Below are positions 59,473 through 64,000 of a stretch of 64,000 nucleotides of DNA, piece after piece. A program made the position numbers and the translations under genes. Position 1 is the first letter of the stretch. Every line of letters starts with the position of its first letter. Source of the stretch: an uncultured bacterium (GTDB lineage: Bacteria > Armatimonadota > Abditibacteriia > Abditibacteriales > Abditibacteriaceae); the NCBI GenBank assembly GCA_963843795.1, contig CAWJLW010000006.1, positions 2,678,375-2,742,374 of the forward strand. Direction: 5' to 3'. The notes under the pieces are model-generated. The model saw only the letters and a list, made by a program, of their open reading frames with translations. It did not search any database and had not been told where the DNA came from.

Positions 59473-61113
59473 GTGACACTGTTCTATCTCCTTAACGGCT
59501 GGGCCGGACGCATTGCATGGTTGGACGAAGCGATGCGTTTTTTTTACGTGTGCGCCGTGCCCCTTTTGTGGACGGGCGTCGCATGGTCACTGCTGCTGGC
59601 CCCGCGCCCGCGCCTTTCCGCTGCGCCGCGCATTTCGCGACGCGCGCTAGCGGGCGCCGGTTTGGTCGCGCTCGCGGGCTGCTTTGCGCTCTGGTGGGCG
59701 ATTATTGCGATGGCGCAGACCGCTTGGGATACCGATGTTTTCTCGCCGCGCCCTTTTGTCACACATTGGGTCAATGCTCTGGTCGTAGAACCCAACGATA
59801 ATTCTTATCCTTGTCTGGAAGTGATGCTGGCCGCTTGTGGGGCCACGTTGTTGTGGGCTTTTTCGCCGCGCACCGGCGTTGTGGCATGGTCAATAGTGGC
59901 GCTTTATGGATTCGCACGCATTTACTGCGGCAGCAATTTTCCGATTGATGTGGGCGCGGCTTGGCTCAGCGGCTGTGCTGTTACGGCGCTGGTTTTAGCG
60001 ATTTGTCGGTTGCCGCTCACTATTCATTCGCGCGATACGCGTCTGGTTTGGCGGCGGCGGCATCAAGCTGCACTTTCGAGCTTTGCCATTGCACTGATTT
60101 TAGGTGTTGCTCTGCTCGATGTGATGCGTTCGCCACGCAGCGGCACGACTGGAGGCACACCTAAGACTGCCGCGCTCGAGGCGCCGCGCATCGAAGGCCG
60201 TGCGCAAGCCGCGCCGCTGGCTCAGCACGATTTCTCGCCAACGCCCATAGGCGAAGGTGTGCCCGAAGGCGCAGCGACGTTGAAAAGCGACGCGGAGCAC
60301 AACGCAACACCGGCGTTGCCGCTTGATGATCGTTACGGACGCCAGCCAAAAATGGAAAAGCAGTTGCAAGTGGCTTTCGAGCGCGCCAAGCTGATGCACG
60401 ACATCGTTCATATCGAAGTCGCGCAAGTCACGATTGGAACTTCGCCATTTCGTGTAGCGGGCATTCAATTTCAAGTTGTGCCGGGCCGAGCCAACGAACG
60501 CAAATTATCCGCGCAAAGCGCCGCTCGCATCGTGCGCATCTGCTTTCAAACCCTGCCAACTCTGGCCAACGTTGATATATTGGGCGTAATTTTCCCAACC
60601 GAAGCGTCTAGCGCAGCGGGTCAAACCTTCGGAGAAGGTGGCGCACCCGCACCGGCCAACGAAGCGCCACGCGCGCTGCCGGTTTTCACGGCCTCCATTC
60701 AAAAACAAAACCTGATTCTGGCCAACGGCCCGGCGTGGCTCAACGCGCCCAAAGTCGATGATGGATTGTGGTTGCGCGCGCGCTCGCGACTTTTCATAGA
60801 TCCCGAAATTTTGCCCTCAACCGCCGAATCTCAACCAACACCAGTCCCCACACCGACCGTTCTGCCCACACCAACAGAGGTTCCAACCGCGACGCCACTC
60901 CCCAAACCAACCGTTGTACCGACAGCGAAACCAACCGGGAAACCAATCGTTCCAATTCCCGCGCTGGTGAAACCACAGCCCAAGCCAGCGGTAGCTCAAT
61001 CAAAATCAACGGCTAAACCGCAACCAAAAGCTGCAGCGCGACGCATGGCACCACGTAGATATGTGACAAAAAAACGTCGTTATCGATCAACAAAAAGGCG
61101 AAAAACACGCTAA
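59473..61113 (+). CDS. PAP2-like membrane domain fused to an extramembrane domain and Pro/Thr-rich basic tail
   Basis: PRPF, SYP, ARIYCGSNFPIDV; PT repeats; K/R-rich end. Confidence 0.72.
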   Translation: MTLFYLLNGWAGRIAWLDEAMRFFYVCAVPLLWTGVAWSLLLAPRPRLSAAPRISRRALAGAGLVALAGCFALWWAIIAMAQTAWDTDVFSPRPFVTHWVNALVVEPNDNSYPCLEVMLAACGATLLWAFSPRTGVVAWSIVALYGFARIYCGSNFPIDVGAAWLSGCAVTALVLAICRLPLTIHSRDTRLVWRRRHQAALSSFAIALILGVALLDVMRSPRSGTTGGTPKTAALEAPRIEGRAQAAPLAQHDFSPTPIGEGVPEGAATLKSDAEHNATPALPLDDRYGRQPKMEKQLQVAFERAKLMHDIVHIEVAQVTIGTSPFRVAGIQFQVVPGRANERKLSAQSAARIVRICFQTLPTLANVDILGVIFPTEASSAAGQTFGEGGAPAPANEAPRALPVFTASIQKQNLILANGPAWLNAPKVDDGLWLRARSRLFIDPEILPSTAESQPTPVPTPTVLPTPTEVPTATPLPKPTVVPTAKPTGKPIVPIPALVKPQPKPAVAQSKSTAKPQPKAAARRMAPRRYVTKKRRYRSTKRRKTR

Positions 61114-61167
61114 TGTGCGCCATTCCAAACAAAGTTTAGTGCCCGAACTGGCTGCAAGTACTTGCCT

Positions 61168-61965
61168 ATGATTTCTGAAGTTTCCAATCATTCTTCCAAC
61201 GCCACGCCGTTCGATCATTCGGCGCCGGAGAGCACACATTGGGTTTGGTGGCGCTGGCTGGCGTTCACGGTCAGTTTGGTGGCTATCTGGTTTGGCTATA
61301 TGGCGTGGCGCCCGCCCGGCCCGATTTTGGGCATTCGGCACGTCGAGCATTTGGGCCGCGACACGCCGTATGTGGCGCTGAATTTCGATGACGCGCCGCA
61401 TCCGGTTATCACGCCCTTGCTGCTGGCTTCGCTCAAACGTTCCGGCGTGCCAGGCAATTTTTTCGCGGTCGGCGATGGTCTTAAGCGCTATCCCGAACTG
61501 GCGCGGCGCTTGGTGCAGGAAGGCCACCTCATCGCGAACCATTCGCAAAATCATCACAATCTCACGCGACTGGAAGACGAAACTTACCAGCAGGAAATCG
61601 AGCCGTGCTTTGAAGCCATCGCCCATACTTATCGCGACGCCGGAATTGATAGGCAGGCGCATATGTTCCGACCGCCGGGTGGTGGCATGAATCGCAGCGT
61701 GATGAATTATCTGTGGCAGCGTGACATCACGCTCGCGTGGTGGAGCAACAATGTCGGTGATTGGGCTCGCCCTCCGGGTTGGAAAATAGTTAACACGGTC
61801 ACTCCGCATCTGCGCCCTGGCGACATCATTCTGCTGCACGACGCGCCCGGCGGTTACGGCACGCCGCAAGCGATTCCCGCCATCGTGCGCGCCGCGCGCA
61901 AACAAAACCTGGAATTCGTTCACATGCCCGATCAATGGCAAACCGGACAACGCGCGCTGAAATAA
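61168..61965 (+). CDS. Polysaccharide deacetylase (NodB/CE4)
   Basis: LNFDDAP, NHSQNH, FRPPGG, DW, IILLHD. Confidence 0.9.
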   Translation: MISEVSNHSSNATPFDHSAPESTHWVWWRWLAFTVSLVAIWFGYMAWRPPGPILGIRHVEHLGRDTPYVALNFDDAPHPVITPLLLASLKRSGVPGNFFAVGDGLKRYPELARRLVQEGHLIANHSQNHHNLTRLEDETYQQEIEPCFEAIAHTYRDAGIDRQAHMFRPPGGGMNRSVMNYLWQRDITLAWWSNNVGDWARPPGWKIVNTVTPHLRPGDIILLHDAPGGYGTPQAIPAIVRAARKQNLEFVHMPDQWQTGQRALK

Positions 61966-62041
61966 AATCGAGGAAAGACGCTCGATTTGCGCGGCAAGTA
62001 CTTGCTACCGACCAACACGCACGACGCACCCTTTCTCGACC

Positions 62042-62968
62042 ATGAACGATTTGCTGTGGGGCTACTCCAAAGCGCTTTACGCGACGTGGTTGTTTTACCG
62101 CCCTGACAATTTGCTCATCGACTGCGGTGAGGGCGCGGCAACCACTTTGGGCAACGGTGGCTACGGCGTCGAGCGCGTTTTTTTGACGCACGGACACGTC
62201 GATCACATTGCGGGTTTGCCAGTGCTTTTGTGGAGCCGCGCCAGTGGCATGGGCGATGTAGATAAAACGCTGACGATTTACTATCCGCGCGGCGACGAGC
62301 TAGTCGCGCAGATGAAAAATTATCTGCACTCGGCGCGTGCAAACTGGCCATTCGAATTGCGCTGGCACGAGCTTTCACCCGGCGACACGATTGATTTGAC
62401 CGCGCCCAATCAGAGCCACGCGCGCCGCATCGAAGCCTTCGCCACGCATCACATTCGCGGACAACTCACGCTGGGCTACAAAATTTGTGAAGCGCGCCGT
62501 CGCCTGCGCGCACCCTGGAACAGTTGGCCCAAAAACCAAGTTCAAGACTTGGCGCGCGAATTGGCGCACCAATCGGGCGCCAAAGGACCGCGCGAACTCA
62601 GCGAAGATTACCTCGCGCCACTGATTGCGTGGAGCGGCGATAGCGGACCTCTGAATGTGGAAACTGTGCGCGATTGCGAAATTTTATGCCACGAAGCGAC
62701 GATATTAGAAGCCGAAACGCGCAAAGGTCGTACTCATTCCACTTTGGACGAAGCGCTCGAAGTAGCACAGAACGCACAAGTTAAAACGCTGCTGCTTTAT
62801 CATTTTTCGGGACGCTATCGCAGCAGTGAAATCCGGCGCGCCGTGCAAAATTTGGCCGATACACGCAAACTGAAGTGCGCAGTCTGGTGTTTGATTCGCG
62901 ACCGGTTACAGCCGGTCTGGCCCGCAGAACCTATAGCTCTGCAGGAGGAAACCCATGAAAAACCGTAA
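62042..62968 (+). CDS. rnz: Ribonuclease Z (Thermotoga-type), metallo-beta-lactamase fold
   Basis: GYSKALYATW, IDCGEG, LTHGHVDHIAGL, SGDS, HEAT, HST, HFSGRY. Confidence 0.8.
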   Translation: MNDLLWGYSKALYATWLFYRPDNLLIDCGEGAATTLGNGGYGVERVFLTHGHVDHIAGLPVLLWSRASGMGDVDKTLTIYYPRGDELVAQMKNYLHSARANWPFELRWHELSPGDTIDLTAPNQSHARRIEAFATHHIRGQLTLGYKICEARRRLRAPWNSWPKNQVQDLARELAHQSGAKGPRELSEDYLAPLIAWSGDSGPLNVETVRDCEILCHEATILEAETRKGRTHSTLDEALEVAQNAQVKTLLLYHFSGRYRSSEIRRAVQNLADTRKLKCAVWCLIRDRLQPVWPAEPIALQEETHEKP

Positions 62969-63467
62969 GCTCATCGCCATCGCCTTGCCGCTCGTCGCGC
63001 TGGTTTTCAGCGCAACTGCGCACGCTCAACAATTCAATACGCGACAGGGCAATGCTCAAAACAACCCGCGAGGCAATGCTAACAATCGTGGCTTGTTGCC
63101 TTTGCCGCCGGGCATTGCGAACCTTATTGCCGTCGATGCGCAAAACAGTTTGCTGGCCGAGACCGATGGCGAAAATGGCGAACCGCGCCAGTATTTTGGC
63201 CTTGAAATGCGCCACGTTTACGCGGGTGCCATCGCGCGCTTGTTCGGCGGCGAAGTCATTCCTACCGCGCCCTTCGTTTCTCCCTACTTCGTTGGAAACA
63301 ACGGTTTTGGTGCAAATAACGGTTTCGGAAACACTAATGGCGGTTTCAATGGAAACAACACTTTCAACAACGGCGGCCTTAGCAACGGCACCAATTTCGG
63401 AAACAATGGTTTCGGAAATAACGGCTTAAGCAATAACTTCAATAATTTTAATAACGGGATGCGTTAA
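62955..63467 (+). CDS. Secreted hypothetical protein with Asn/Gly/Phe-rich tail
   Basis: GGAGG SD; signal peptide ending AHA; GNNGF repeats. Confidence 0.75.
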   Translation: MKNRKLIAIALPLVALVFSATAHAQQFNTRQGNAQNNPRGNANNRGLLPLPPGIANLIAVDAQNSLLAETDGENGEPRQYFGLEMRHVYAGAIARLFGGEVIPTAPFVSPYFVGNNGFGANNGFGNTNGGFNGNNTFNNGGLSNGTNFGNNGFGNNGLSNNFNNFNNGMR

Positions 63468-63554
63468 GAGCGTGGCCGCACGGCGCTGAATTGGCCCAGC
63501 AAGTGCTTGCGGGGCCAAAGGTGTGTGCGCTGCACTAACTGACTGAAACAATCA

Positions 63555-64000
63555 ATGGCGATCATTACAAAAAACAAAGCGGAAATCATTGCGATGCGCA
63601 AAAGCGGTCGCGTGGCGCAGAAAATTTTGCGCGAACTCGGCGAAGCGACACAAAGCGGCCAAACGCCGCGCGACATGGATAATCTGGCGCGTGAACTGTT
63701 CACCAAATACAAGGCGCGCAGTTGTTTTCTGGGCCATCATGGCTATCCGGCGACAATCACGGTTTCGGTCAATGAGGCCGTTGTGCATGGCATTCCCAAC
63801 AATATCGAATTTGAAAACGGCGATATCGTTTCCCTCGACGTGGGCGCTCTGGTCAACGGCTGGATTGGCGACAACGCGTGGACTTTCGGTGTCGGCGAAC
63901 TTTCCGAAAAAGCCGCACGACTATTGAAAATCACTGAAGAAGCGCTTTTTCTCGGTATCAAGCAGGCCAAGCCGGGAAACCGCGTCGGCGATATCGGCCA
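63555..64000 (+). CDS. map: Methionine aminopeptidase type I, 5' part
   Basis: My translation from ATG 63555: MAIITKNKAEIIAMRKSG...GYPATITVSVNEAVVHGIP...GDIVSLDVG...GWIGDNAWT. Confidence 0.93.
   Translation, partial: MAIITKNKAEIIAMRKSGRVAQKILRELGEATQSGQTPRDMDNLARELFTKYKARSCFLGHHGYPATITVSVNEAVVHGIPNNIEFENGDIVSLDVGALVNGWIGDNAWTFGVGELSEKAARLLKITEEALFLGIKQAKPGNRVGDIG

Larger units (their letters stand above)
391..62005. repeat. Highly iterated 12-bp palindrome GCAAGTACTTGC, about 50 exact dispersed copies
   Basis: Exact copies start at 391,1769,3098,3318,3953,4706,5704,5728,7492,8565,10644,12323,13129,14379,14868,17954,18005,21662,21713,22294,23449,25863,27543,27555,29363,29749,31998,32384,33671,34895,34907,35638,35662,37280,38860,40109,42811,44572,44802,48155,49988,51434,53211,54796,56929,58171,58609,59411,61154,61994 (manual count). 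Confidence 0.97.

Noticed and set aside
1747..61950. Many ORF-track peptides and N-terminal extensions containing ASTC, CKYLQ or LQVLA
   Set aside because: They are translations of the intergenic palindrome, whose TTG also gives false starts (for example 1777, 10652, 48163, 61162); not a protein family.
391..62005. Palindrome as a CRISPR repeat
   Set aside because: Copies are dispersed, only 12 bp, irregularly spaced and often inside genes; there are no cas genes.
391..62005. Palindrome as IS/MITE ends or classical REP
   Set aside because: No transposase or RAYT in the window, no consistent target-site duplications, no GTAG foot, and arms differ between loci.
63464..63970. Short ORFs at the window end
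   Set aside because: Shadow frames of map, which starts at 63555.

Overview
Gene-dense bacterial chromosome segment with about 58 CDSs. Housekeeping genes include the gltB 5' end, hisD, dnaE, prmC, bcp, a pabB-like gene, a Thermotoga-type RNase Z and the map 5' end. The rest is carbohydrate and redox enzymes (five Gfo/Idh/MocA paralogs, a GH151-like fucosidase, a heparinase II/III-type lyase), envelope genes and four DUF1559-type prepilin genes. The style of the prepilin genes suggests an Abditibacteriota/Armatimonadota-like organism (inference). No rRNA, tRNA, CRISPR array or transposase was seen. The dominant unexplained signal is one 12-bp perfect palindrome, GCAAGTACTTGC. I counted about 50 exact copies by eye (roughly one per 1.3 kb) plus about a dozen near-variants. 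It occurs in three contexts: the constant apex of terminator-like hairpins with variable arms, tandem doublets, and 15 in-frame copies inside genes (12 read QVLA). This resembles cyanobacterial HIP1 or Neisseria/Haemophilus uptake sequences but has a different sequence. The frameshift in the essential dnaE lies inside a 1-bp-insertion variant of the motif, and the DUF2254 frameshift lies beside an AAGTACTT core. These may be base-calling errors caused by a modified base or hairpin, or real hypermutability. A decayed island at 14.4-17.45 kb holds a deleted vapC, an intact antitoxin-like gene and a frameshifted pilin-like gene.
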